A stretch of 58,304 nucleotides of DNA, the filler included, from Sphacelaria rigidula (taxonomy: Eukaryota): assembly GCA_964200075.2 (NCBI GenBank). It is 6 parts of 6 records of this genome, joined end to end, with 100 filler letters (N's around TTAATTAATTAA, not from the genome) between each part and the next. Parts side by side here need not be neighbours in the genome. Positions count along the whole stretch, not along the records: positions 29,204 to 38,837 come from CAXNAA020008066.1; positions 38,938 to 48,571 come from CAXNAA020008067.1; positions 48,672 to 58,304 come from CAXNAA020008068.1; 3 more parts are not named here. One strand, 5' to 3'. The translations under genes were made by a program, and so were the position numbers. Below, in pieces: positions 38,491-51,800 of this stretch. Position 1 is the first letter of the stretch. Every line of letters starts with the position of its first letter. The notes below the pieces were generated by a model. The model did no database searches. It worked only from the letters and a program-made list of their open reading frames with translations, and had not been told where the DNA came from.

Positions 38491-39933
38491 CTGTTACGGG
38501 GGTGGAAGAACCGCAAGAGAAGGGCAGGTGGGGAGACAAACGACACACAAACGCGGGGAGCAGCAGGAGAAGGGAAGGTCCAGCGGTAATGTAGTGCGGT
38601 CGGGGTTGGGCATGATCAAGTGCCAATGTACCCATGGGAGTATTTATCACACTGCAGACGAGGATTTCCTGGGTGAAACGACTACTATTGACTGTTATGT
38701 AGTGTCGGTTTATGGGTAGCAGTTGCTTTGATGGGTCATGGGGGTATTGTGGTGAAGGAAACAACGAAGGACAACCCGGGGGGGAGTGGGGGGGGAGTTG
38801 GGGGGGCGTACTCATTTGTTGCTTGCCTTAGTCGGTTNNNNNNNNNNNNNNNNNNNNNNNNNNNNNNNNNNNNNNNNNNNNTTAATTAATTAANNNNNNN
38901 NNNNNNNNNNNNNNNNNNNNNNNNNNNNNNNNNNNNNCGCCGAAAAGACCCTCCCCACGCCGTACCGACAAGACCGGTCATGGCCTTCGTCGGAGGACGG
39001 GGAACGGAGTGTATATACTACTACAGAAGGAATATCGGGCCTCGTTGAGGGACATTTCGTACCTGAAACGGTTCCTTCACTGATCAACCGCGTTTCATTT
39101 TCAATCTCATCCTCTACTCTCAATATCACGAAAACACTCCCAATATCACGAAAACGTCGTTGTTTATAAGCACCAGGGTTATATATCGGACCGAGAATAA
39201 AGGTCGACAGATATTCTTACAATATCGAACCACAACCGCCGATACCGATATTTTCGTCGATATTCCGAAAATGATACGATACGTATCGAGTATCGATATT
39301 CGATACGATACGGCTGTTTTGGTATGGCCGCAGTGTACAAGACCGAGCAGTACACTGGCATGCTGACACCCTCACTCACTATTGTAGGTGGCTTAAGATA
39401 CCACATCCCCTAGACAGATTTTCAAAGCTCACTTACTCCTCACCAGAAGCGATGCCAGGGCTGACCTGGGCGGCGTTGCAACTATCTCGTCGAGAGAAAG
39501 TAATCGAGATTTGAAAATCGCTCTTGAGGGTGTGGTATCTCAAGCAACCTATGGTGGTTTCCAGTGGACAGCAGTGCACACATGATGTACAGCAGCGGGT
39601 AGTGTAACATCATAGCAGCGGCGGCAGGCGGTGATATAGCTGTCTTGCGAATATTTGTCGTGGTCGTGCAAGAGGTGGTTTGTCACAGCGGGCCGGGTGT
39701 GGTATGGGTTACATTGTTTTCATTTCTACGGTCAGTATTCCGTGTGTTTCGATCGAATGAGCGCATACCTCGACCCTGCACATTCGTCGAAAAAAAAAAG
39801 GTCAGGAACCTCGAAGATGCTCAAATGCGAGCTCTTTTTTTCAACGTTCTTCACTACCAATGACAAGAAACGTCGGCAGCATGCGTCAATTTTTAGTTTT
39901 TGGATGGCAAATATACATATATATATATATATA

Positions 39934-41200
39934 CAAGGTTCCCCTTCGGGAGGTTGGTACGGGCCTCTCGGGGGTGACGCGAGTTGAAAGTATACAATAT
40001 ATTTCGTATGCCTTTTCAGTGTGCTGCAAAAGAAAGCGTGGGGAAAAATGCCTTGCTGGCAGAGAAAACTGGGCACAAGTGGTGAACCACCGGTGCCAGT
40101 TTGCTACCGCGTCGGCCGTCCAGCCTCTCAACATGTCCCAAGTTTATGCATCTGCGCATGCATATATGCATTCGCCTGTAGTGCGACACTGGTAGACCTA
40201 ACGAAATGTACATGAACAACGGTTGGTACTCGATTTGACTTGGTTTCAGACTAAATAAAGTTCTGAGAAAAATCATGATTTGGGGCAGGTGAGCAGTGGT
40301 GAGCAGTAGAACCAGGTCGTCCAGAACGTGTTTTGGTCCAAAATCGACTCAAAGGCGTCGATTTGAGCTCTCGAAAGACGTCGACTCGAGTTCTCGCTAC
40401 GCACGCTTCAGCTACGAAACTGCACCTCCCTTGCCCGAGAGTTCTCGGTATGCCTTGGTCGATGTTAGTGCTAGGGTTGGCGTTAGGGTTGGTGACATTT
40501 CCATAACAATAACCATTGTTCACGTACATTTCTTCAAGCTCCCTCGGTGAAGTACTTGTGCAGGGATGCATCCTTCTCACAAAGACATCTCTGTCATCCC
40601 TGGCACAAGGACATTCCTGCGCCGGTACTTCACACAGGTGCATCCAATGAGAGAACTTTCTGTTACGGGTTGCATGACCACAGGGATTTCGTCACCCCCC
40701 TGCGCTTGTTGAGCACAGCTGACCCACAGCAAGTACGTTTGCCCACGTGTGTGCCTTGTTCAACTCGCCAACGGCTCATTGCACGGTCTTGTTTTTTCTG
40801 GTGACTAAGGCGAAGGCAATGTTCAATTGTATTCAACTGCCTTGCTTTCACGTTCTCGTGACATTTGCTGCATAACTGCTGTCTTCGTGCTCCCGAATCA
40901 ACGAGAACGCAAAGAAATACCCCGCCATGAACAGGCTTTTCTCGTTGAGGTTCCTGTTCGAAGTTTTCCATCATCTTGAGGCTTTTGTGGTTCGGGATCG
41001 ACACCCCGCGAAAAAGAGCCGGTGTGGGCGACTTCCGATGGCCAGAACACGCGCTACAGGTATCAGATGGCACCCAAACCTGAAAGGCAATGTACCGCTG
41101 CACCTTCTTCGTGCACTGCAAAAGAAATCGCGTGATAAGATGCCTCGCCGCCTGAGAAAACTCGGCAAAAGTGGTGGAAGAAGCGAAATGATACATTGCA
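39934..41200 (-). mobile_element. Longest copy of the Helitron-like family, flanked on both sides by (TA)n
   Basis: Same ATACAAGGTTCCCCTTCGGGAGGTTGGTA terminus as 19501 and same GAAATGATACAT..ATATAT opposite end as 21125. No TIRs. Confidence 0.65.
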
Positions 41201-42548
41201 TATATATATATATATGTATTTCACCAGCCAAGAAGAAAAACCTCTAAGCTTGGAGCAATTAGAATGCCTAGACTAGTGGATGGAGGGGAAAACAAATCCA
41301 ACACTCGTCGAACATGACGAAACGGCGAAGCGACAGTACCATTTTCTCATACTCCGAAGGACAGCTGTTTTCTACTGTTATATGCAGCTCTGCGTTGATC
41401 GTGACCTCATGCCTACTTCACCACGCCACCCGTATGTTGCCGTTGGTGGAGACCCACGCTGAATCATATAACTAAGGCCTAAACCCACGAGGCACCAGCG
41501 GTGTGTGGTGTGTGAAGGGGACCTTGTGGAGTGAGGGATGGGGGGGGTCAGGGTTGCACATCAACTGGGGGTCTGCCGTTCGGGAAATACCACCCCCCCT
41601 GCGTTTCCTGTGACGACGGTTTCGAGAAATTGAGTTAATGTGACGAGAATTGAAGAAAAATATCGAGCGTATCGATATTCGATATTGATATTCGGTATCG
41701 ATACATATCATACATATCGGTTTTCCACGCTCCGATGACGATATGGAATATAGCCAATTGTGGCTTTGGATTATGCTACGTTTCCATCACCTTGCCACAC
41801 AGCCTATCGTGGTCGGGGTGGGCCGCCATTTCCCTCTCTGTTGCATGCGACATACTCTCTTCAAAGGGTATGGGCGTTGCGGCGCACATACATACAGTAA
41901 GGTATAGCACAGTGAGTGCAGTACGCCTGTCCGACTGCAGCAGCAGCTGCCGCTGCATACTCCCTTGCACGTTCTGGGCAGTTCTCAGCGACGGAGATCA
42001 GCTGCCTGTACACAGATTTTTCATCCCCATCCACTACATACATGTTCACAGTTTTCTGCAAGTCATCGGCAGAGGGATGAGCAGAATTCATGATTGTAGC
42101 TCCTTTTCTCTTTCCACGGCCCACCTGGGTTTAGTGCCTCGTGAAAATGACCACTTTGTGGCATGTACACTCCTTCCCGATTTTGCCACTCCACCCTGTG
42201 TTGGTGTAATTACTACGTTTTAGTGTAGGCTGGCGACCCAAAAAAACTCCTGGGAAACCCCGGGAACGCTATACCGAATGAAGATATTACGATAAGCCAT
42301 GCTCTAAGTACCCTGACTTTAGAAACCTGGGAAGGCTTATCTGAGCCAGGGATAGGGACCCCACACTATCTTTGCAGTGACATCACACCCGGCAACAGTC
42401 CCCGCGCTGGTCGTTCGGGTCTGGTCGTGAATTTCGCCTCGCCGTGATTGGGCAGGTCGCTCCTTGACATATTGTTTACTATTTCACTAAGACATGGTCA
42501 AACCTCGTGTTAGTGAGGGGTCGGTCCCATGCAAAAGGGTTAATAGGG

Positions 42549-42830
42549 CGAGCACTGGAGTCATTGCTCGTTGTGGAAAAAAATGATGGAGCGAGCACTC
42601 GAGTCATTGCTCGTTGTAAAACAAATAATGACTTCAGCGCACGAGTCATTGCTCGCTGTGAAAAATAGAAAGACTTGGAGCACGCGAGTCATTGCTCGTT
42701 GTCAAAAAAATAATTACTCGAGCACACGAGTCATTGCTCGTTGTAAATAAAAGTTATGACTCGAGCACACGAGTCATGCTCGTTGTGGTTTAAAAAAACA
42801 TCCACGAGTGCACTCGTTTCGACTAGTAAT
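42549..42830. repeat. Six-copy 42-43-bp tandem array with a palindromic core
   Basis: GAGTCATTGCTCGTTGT-like core at 42558, 42601, 42643, 42686, 42728 and 42771. ATGACTCG-AGCAC-ACGAGTCAT dyad. Confidence 0.85.
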
Positions 42831-45800
42831 GACTCGTCCGACGCGTGGAATTTTGCCTTCGACGATTTGGAACATATCGCACATGTTTTAAAGGCTGCGA
42901 CGAAAATACGTGCGCTCCGAAATTGCCGTGTGCAGCACATAACACAGTGAAAAAGTGCTCTGCTGCAACAGCGCAACAGCTATCTGTACCTCTGGTCCTT
43001 GGTGCCCCCAGCGTGCGCAGCAGACGTCCTTGCTTAAATTGGCCCCGATGAGGTTCACCTATGCTCTCTTCGCCCAGAAACCATGTGCACCCCGCTTGCC
43101 CGAGGGTTGCCGATATGCCTTGGGTTCTGGTTGGGGTTAGAGCTAGAGATGGGATTCGAAACATCTAGAGTGTGTCAACCGCGGAAATGTGACAACGGCC
43201 TAGCGTAGTCAACTCCACCATTTCAAGCGCCAGTTGCTTCCACGTGATAAGTGAAGAGATGACACCAGCCACCCTTACATACTAGCCGCAGGGTGACTCA
43301 GTCTCGAGATGACAGCAATCCTGCTCAACAGGATGCGAGCATGCATCTCAGGAGCCCTTGGAAATGTTGTGTGAACTAGACAAGGGATGCCATGAAGTCG
43401 GGAAAAAATACGAAGGGCACCACAGTGGACACTTGGCCTCACTGGTGGACAAAGGGAGTTTGCAGCGAATGCTGTGCGCTTGGGGGTTCAGCAATTTAAT
43501 CCGTTGTATCTCATTGCGTTGCGCAATGTTTGCTGCAAACCACCTCCATATGCGCTACCCTCAACCCATTCCTCCAAAGCTCATGGAGATCAGGATTCCG
43601 GCGAATGTCGAGTGTGTCGCTCACCGTGAGCGCATGGATATTTCCTAGTATCCCATAACACATCTTCCGCTGAAACCATGGGTATGGGCCTTTTCATGTG
43701 AAGTCATTTAAGGCCTCCCTACATGTTCACACTTTGCCATCACTCGCCAGCCGTCTTCAAGCAGCATCTGGTAGTACCTGTCTGTACCCTTGACTTCTCT
43801 CTGCGTTGCGGTCTACAGACAGCAACCCCACGCCATTCCCGAACTTGCACGGGGCATACATGGGCTTTCCTCTCACTCGCGCCAGCTGTTGGAGCAGCTT
43901 CATAGCACAGGTAGCGCGCACAGTGTTTCAAAAGCGAATGAGAAGTGTTGACGTCATACCCTGCGGAGATGGTAACATACTGCACAGCGCTACCGTATGT
44001 ATCGCGGCAACGAACGGTGCTGTACTACTGTACCCTGCTGTGTGTTGTCACTGTATTTCCAGGGTGCGGTGTACGGCACTGCACTCTCACTGCCCTATTT
44101 TCGTACACTATGCACTAAACTCGCAATACTGACGGTACCATCATGTATTACCGCAGGGCATTATCGTGTACTGTGATGATAGAGTGTGCTGCACCGCTAT
44201 GGGTGCGCCTGACCCCCCAAAATGGGCACAAAAAGTGTCGCCGACCGAATTCACGAACAGACACGAACAGCCCGACCTTTGGGGCTTAATCAGGCTCGTG
44301 GGGTAAAATGTGCCTTACGTCATCGGAACAGAACGGCATGAATCCAAAATTCGAATCGAGAAAAAGTGGAAAGCATTCTAAAATCAGAACCCTACCGTTA
44401 TTTCCGTTGTGGTTCCTCATATATTGCATGCCACTGCGTCAGGTTTCGTCCGCGCTCGCGATACGCTGGAATGTCAGGAGGCTAGTTGGGCTGACCCAAC
44501 TCAACGCACACCGATAACGGTCGGGCAAGGGCGGTACGTACATTCCCTAAACAAAATGAGGCCTTGGTAGACCCCGAATCGGCGCCTGTGGCGCAAATTT
44601 CAACGAAAACGCGTTCTGCGCACGCGAGGAGCACACGGGACTGTCAGCCCTACTGAAATTCCGGTTCTCGTTGTACACACTCAAATCAGGTGATGTCAAC
44701 CATGAATATTTCTAGCCCAACGCCGGTAAGCTAAACCAGGACGCTGAACCATTTTTTATTGGGGGGATGCGGGTCGAAGTTGGGCCAACATCAAGTGCTC
44801 AACATGCGACAGAGCCATATGTACTTGTGAACTCCAGCGCGGACGGCCCTTACACAGACGAGTGGAGTACAAACAGTCGCCGGGTGTGTGATGTGGGCTG
44901 GGCGGATGTTGGTCGACCACCTCGTCATGTTTCCAAGAGCTCGATTTATCTGATGCCATCGTTCCATAATTTTTGGCTGATGAATGACACGCTTTGTACA
45001 AGTGCATTCGTTTTTTTGGTGGGCATGGCTTTTCATTTCATGACCATGACATTAACTCTTCGACCGCGAGGGTTGGTCACCTGCTGAATCGACATCAAGT
45101 TTCACTTGAGAAAAGTATGCATGGTCCAGGTAGACTGCCCTCGCAGTCTGGGGGCTAATCGGACTCCAAAGATATTGTGTTCCTACAGGGAATGAAACAA
45201 ACCGTCGTCTCTCACCCACCAGTGCCGATACAGCAGACACGTATCTTAGGACGGGCGGGTCCACTGGAAGACATTAATCCTTTTGGAAGCCTCCCCTCCT
45301 GTCCATTGGCCAAACGCCTTCTTATGAGGAGCCCTGACCAAGAGGAAAAGATTGAAACAGAAAGGGTCGACGGCAATCATTTTTATAATGGAAGACAGAA
45401 GAAAAATGTCCTCCCTGTGGAGGTCGGGTGAGGTTTGTCCAATCATATCACGCAACGGATGAAGTGTGTCCAATTATATCCATCGACAGTAATCAGCAAA
45501 ACCATGAAACATTCCATTCAAAAAACAGCAATGGGTTCCAGGGTCCGACCAGCCACATCGGTATATCAGCATTTATTTGAAGATAAGGGAAGCACCGTTT
45601 TGACGGGCTGCAGCATCAGGTGGCGAGTTTGTCAAGCCACACCGTACATACAGCATAGTATGGCTGAACCGAACAAAATCCCGTCACCGAATGTGGACGG
45701 CACAGTGGGTTGTGCGGGCGATACATGGCGGGCTTAATCGCAGGCGTCTTCACAGGCGATATACATGCACACGGGAGGGAGCCAACGGGCACCGCCTACG

Positions 45801-48800
45801 GTAATCAGGCTGGATGAAGAACACTACAATCAGTAAATAAAGTAGGTTATAGTATTATTGACTTGCGGCGACACTCTGTGCAAGATGAATATAAGCATGT
45901 CGTGAAAAGTCGGCCATGAGAGTGGACGGCACGAGACGATAGCGGTAGCCGGCGTCATGAATCTCTTGCAGCATGAGTACGTCTGTGCAACGGTTGGGAA
46001 CGATCAACCCGCGGTTTAGATGTGGTGGGGCAACTGTGCCTTTCGCTACGCCGTTGTGTAATAGTCAACCCGCAGTACGATGTTGTCGGCACGTGCTTGG
46101 CAGAGCGCACTTCTGTGCATGCCTCGCGTTTTACAGAGATATTTTCAAAATACGATACAGACATAACACGGAGCAGTAAGGCATCACTCCTGGGGCGGCG
46201 GCACTTAGCAGACTCAGCCTACACCACAGTGACGGTGCATAACTGCAGGGCACATGGCGTCTGCGTCGCCTTTGCGGATTTTTTCAAACGGCGGGATGGT
46301 GCTGTCGGAACGTGCATGAGCGCGATGTTGTGCATTACGTGAGTCTGCAGTCGAGGTTACCTCAAACTGCTGTAAATACACCCAGTGCTGTACAGGGCAG
46401 TATCGCAGGCAGCACCCTCGGCGGCACGGAAAGGTGACTGCCTGGAATTGTATTACACTACCAGGTCATAAATATGGTGAATGTGCCATCGGCGTTGCCC
46501 TTGTTGCTATGACGCTGCAAAAAGTATAAACTGCAGTGGAAAGGGCGTGCAGGTCATGCTTCACAGAGGCTTGCCGCGCACTGTGGCCGGGGAAGGAGCT
46601 CATGGGTGTGGAAAAAGAAACGCTGACGGGTTCTGGACCTCGCCGTAAAAGGAAAATAAGAAACCTTCTCTTGTTCTACTTGTCACTCGCATGGGTCTGA
46701 AAAATACGCGTTGGGCGAATATTGCTTTGAACCATGAACCATATATTGCTTAAGAACCGTCACTTGCAAATCATAAATTGTCCGTCGTGAGTTCCAAAGG
46801 GGTTAGTGGGGCTTCGATGCCATGTGGCTTTAGCAAAGGTGGACCGCCAAATTATGCTGTCTGTTTTGTCGCCTTCACAAAGCATAGTTCGCCATTCGGG
46901 AGGGTCAGTTGATGACTAATGCCAAGATAACCCCCCCACAAAACGTGCACCGGAGACCGCCAGACAAAGCGGCTGTGATATCGCTGTTGGGCTCGTTTGC
47001 AGCAATTTCGCCCACATGAGGGGCGTGTAGCAGTCCGAAATCAGCTATAACGCCCAAATGAGTCGCGTCGTGCAGCACGAAACCAGCTCTAACGGCATGT
47101 ATGATTATTGCCTCCGTGCACGTTTTTGGCCGGTTCGGGGGGGGGCTATCTCGGCAGCAGTCTGGTCCATCTTGATTTTAGTGTGGACACCGAAATCCGA
47201 ATCCTTCATGGTGACTGTGCTCCTAGCATGCTCTTAGCGTGCTCAGAATGCGTTTTTGTCTGAATTGGCGCCTGCGGCGCCGATGTGAGGTCTGGCAACG
47301 CACACTTCGCCCAGAGAACACGTTCCACCCTCTTGCCCGAGGGGTTTCGGTATGCCTTCGTTGTGAAGGTCAGGGTTAGTGTTATGGTTCTTTGCTTCGC
47401 TGCTGCAAGGTCCCATAGATGATGATTCCTTTCGTTCGTGCGACTCATTATCATCTTATTGGCGGCTATTGAAGTGTGTTGCCATTGCGTTCAAGACGCT
47501 GCTTTCGTCCCCTTGGACGCCAGCTTGCTTCTGTGGCTTTCTTTTCTCCTTCAGTTTGCCCATACTTGCCGTCAGTGAGACTTGATACTGAGCTACGCTA
47601 TCGATGGTGGCGTGGTGATGGCACCGGGTGCAGGAGAACGAGCGCTACTCTTGCCACCGACACGAGCGATGCAGACACGGGGGTGAAATGTCGCAGACAC
47701 AGCATCTGGGGGTTAGATCGAAGGTTCAACTTCTACACCTGTCGAACATTCCACACTTTCGATGTATCAACCATTTGCACTGTCAAGAGCCATTCATGGG
47801 TGTCGTGTATTCTGAGGTCGTTGAGCAGTGGTGAGGCTTTCGCGTATCGTGGAAACCGGCGGGGGTTGGAGACGTTTGTTTGCGCTCATAGCCCAAACTG
47901 TTGTCCCGATTACTCATCGCCGAGGCCATCGATTGAGATGCGATTTTTCGCATCATCTGCGCCAAGACGACAGTTACATTTTTGCTAGATGCTTTTTTTC
48001 ATCTCATCAGGATCCGAATTTTGTAACGAATGAAATGAGAGAGAAAACACAGTTTTTTATTTTGCGATTTTCTCGATCACCATAACTTCTTTGGTAAACC
48101 ATCTCGTCAGGTTGTAGCTGGGACAAACACACGCCCGTGAGTAGCCCATGCACGCCGTGGTTCATAGACCGGGACGACGAAAATGGGAAATCGCCAAGTG
48201 GGGTTCCTACTCAAATCACAGGCATGTTGGGGGATTTTACAGCGTGCATAATCAGGGGATGAAGGAGATCTCTGATCTGTTTGTCCTTTTGGTCGGTGAC
48301 ACTCTCTCTGCCCATTTTGGGGAATCAGGCGCACCCATAACCGTATTACCCCATGGTACCACGGGACGACGTTGGAGTTGGAGGGTGATTCAACGCCCTT
48401 CAAATCTGACTTTCGCAATCTTGAGTCACTCATAATTGTCGAGAAGGTGTTACTGACCGTGTTTTGTCCAAAACATACGAATGAGTGATACCACGATACC
48501 CCCGGATGCTCCGTCTCGAAAGGGATGCGTGGTCAATGGTCAAACGACTAAGGCAAGCAACAAATGAGTACNNNNNNNNNNNNNNNNNNNNNNNNNNNNN
48601 NNNNNNNNNNNNNNNTTAATTAATTAANNNNNNNNNNNNNNNNNNNNNNNNNNNNNNNNNNNNNNNNNNNNTTACAACATTTCGAACCGCTGCCGCAGCT
48701 CGTTCGTCCCGAGGGTGTCTGAATTTTTGGTTTGGCTACAATGAATAGCTTTATTTGTGTTTGTGTCGCACAACTGTAGGTTTCTTGTGAAAATCACCGG

Positions 48801-48871
48801 CGAGTGTGCCATGTGTGTGTATCATTTTTTTTTTTTTTTGCTTGCTCGTCGCGAACTTTTCTGTCCCGCAG

Positions 48872-51800
48872 ATGCGCTTCGTCGATGACAACACCAGAAT
48901 GCAGTGGAACCCCGTCACAGGCGGATCCAACATCCCAGCTCTCAACGACTTCCTATACCCCGCTTTCGGCATGGCCCTCGGCGGACAAGTCCTGGACGGT
49001 GTTTTCCCGTTGGGGGTTGCTCAGGTGAACAACCCTAATGCCATGAATTCTAGGTGGGGACTGTCGATATCTTGCGGAATATTGAGACCCATTACACGAA
49101 CTTGGGATCCAAAATGACCCCGAGTGAAACTCTGGGATCTAACGGAGTTTCATTTTTATGATGCGTGTATATCTCAAGTTATTGACTGAACGGTCGAAAG
49201 TGTCGTGTTTCCCGGAGGCAAACGACCACGAGCTGGCCGAGCGCTTTTCCACCGGGAAAGTGGCCAGGTGGCCTGCGTGTCGCGGGTGAAAGACAAGGCA
49301 AGAAGCTGCCCATTCACGACCATTTTTCACTGGTCGACTGCTTTCGGCACACCCGAGATTCATTGTGGTCATGAAAGCTGATGTTTTTCCTGTGTGTGCG
49401 GGGCGTTGACACCGATTACTCCGCAATTCGAAGAGTATCGACAGAAGCGGTTACCGAGTACACGTGGTGTACAGTAGTGGGCGGTGTAACAATTTAGGGG
49501 TGTTGTGGGGTTTTCCTCGCGTGCTACTCTTCGATAGAACTCGAAATTGCTAGCGTCGATAGATTTTGGTACAATAAAACAGGTCATCTTCGAAACACAG
49601 TGCCCAAGTCAGTCTTAGTTGGTGTTATCGGGCGAAACGAGTAAGTACTCCGTTTACCAGGAGGGTGTTACTGACCGTAAAACACAGTTTTTCGGCCCTA
49701 GTGCGCTGAGTAGGCAGAATTTCAGAAAAATATAACTGTACATTTCTTCACAAATATGATCGGGACGGGCTCGATAGACCGTAAATACAGAAGAATAAGA
49801 ATCTGGGCTGAAACATGGCAGGACCCCCGATGACCGGCCAGCCCGTAAGTCACTCAATATTGACTATGGACGATTTTTTCTTCTTGAAATGTGGACGGGT
49901 ACAAATACCTTCAGATCCTCGATGTGCTGAGGGGTGGCGAGCGAAAAGAGCCCAAAACAAATGCCCATCACGAAAAAATCACAAAATGCCACAAAATGAA
50001 CAGTTAGACCGCCCACTACTGTAGCTGAGCATAGGCACCCCACACCCGTACCATGCGCTATCCTTGCTACCTTTGAAAGTTTCCGGCTCATTCATCTATT
50101 CATCTATTCATCTATTCATTTATTCCTTTATTCCTTTATTCATTTATTCATCTATTCATTTATTCATCTTGTTCACCTTATTCATGCTATTCATCTATTC
50201 ATCTATTCATCTATTCATCTATCCATCTATCCATCTATCCATCTATTCATCTATGCATCCGTTCATCTTATTCATTTATTCATCTATTTATCTACTTCCT
50301 CTGTCCCATAAGTAAAGGTACCTAAATTTTTACGGGCCCTTAACGATGTCCGATCGTTTTATTTTTATTTTTATGAACTCTACGGTGTTTTTTGGGTTAA
50401 GAAAATGTGTTTGAAATATGCAGCTCGTGCTTGAACCATGCAGCCGCGCGGCCGAGAAAAAGTAGGTCGGTCCAAAAACGGCCGTTTTTCGCTCGTTTTC
50501 CCAGGAAAGCATGATGGACCCGGGAACACGAAAAATCGCGAAAAATGGACCAAAAAGAGTGAAAATTGCGAAACCACCATTGATTTTGGACATGTCCGTC
50601 ATATTAACCTACGCACGCCCCATCCAACATTTTGTTGGCATGTAATTGTCAGTGCTCGGTGTGAAAACGTCCGAATCGGTCAATGATGGGGGGGAAATTG
50701 ATCAAAAAGGGTCGAAATGGGGTATATTTCGACATGGTTGTAGTGATGAAACAAGTTTTTTGTATTCGTTTTTTTTGTTCGTTTTTTTTTTCATCAGCTT
50801 CGTCTGCGCTATGCCTTTCTAACGAATCCAACCACAACATCGTCGCCACCACTGGCATACCTGAACAATGTATCGCCGTTAGGTACCTTTACTTATGGGA
50901 CAGAGGAAGGATTGATCTGTTCATCTGTTCATCTTTTCATCCATTCATCTTTTCATCTTTTCATCTCTTCACGTTCGTTCGTGTTCGTCCATTCATTCAT
51001 TGGTTGGTTCTTTGATCCGTTGACTCCATTGATTCATTCACCCACTGTTGATCATCAATAGATACGCAAGGAATCCAATCATCCCCACGATGTGGATGCA
51101 CTATATCCAAAGCAAATACTCAGAAAGTCGCGCCGAACGAAACTTGCATAAGGGGCAAGCTCAAAAGGGATAAAAAAGCAGTGTTTTCCAAAAGCAAAAC
51201 AAAAAGTCAAGGCTAATAATTATTCTAGCACTCACTGGTCGTGGAGAACACAAAGACAAAGACGAGGAGGCCTCTGTCGCAAGGCTCCATTTAAGGCGAC
51301 GTACAAGAAGGTAGTGAAAGCACGTTGCGAGTCACGCATCTGAGGATGACGCTCTTGGGCCAGAAACTGTCACCCGCGGGCTCTGCGGTAGCGAAACACG
51401 AGCGTTGATGCAGCATGTGAGGAAAAGAGTGCGTAAGGAAGGAGGAAAAAACTAAGAAGACGAGAGAAGGAAGGAAGATGCAAGCAAAGGGATAGAGATG
51501 AATGAAGGGCACAGAGCAATCGCCAAAACAGAACACGCATGTTGAAGAACAATATCTAGGGATTATCGCTGAAATTTGACGCCAGAGAAGGAATCGTCGA
51601 CTGACGAGATAGGCCACGGGTACATCGGTTTCCGTGTCATCCCCGCCTCTCCCACTCGTCTCCAGTCGGGTGGGTACAAAGCGGGTAACTCTTTCGGCCG
51701 TTTCCATCTTGGATTCCTCTCCGGCTGTTGCTGCTGCTGTAATCCCGAAGTGGCGGCTTTCCCGTTGGCGTCTCTCAACGCAGCAGTCTGTTTCTTGCGT

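Noticed and set aside
42549..42830. CRISPR array
   Set aside because: The 'spacers' are short, A-rich and similar to each other. There are no cas genes and the context is eukaryotic.
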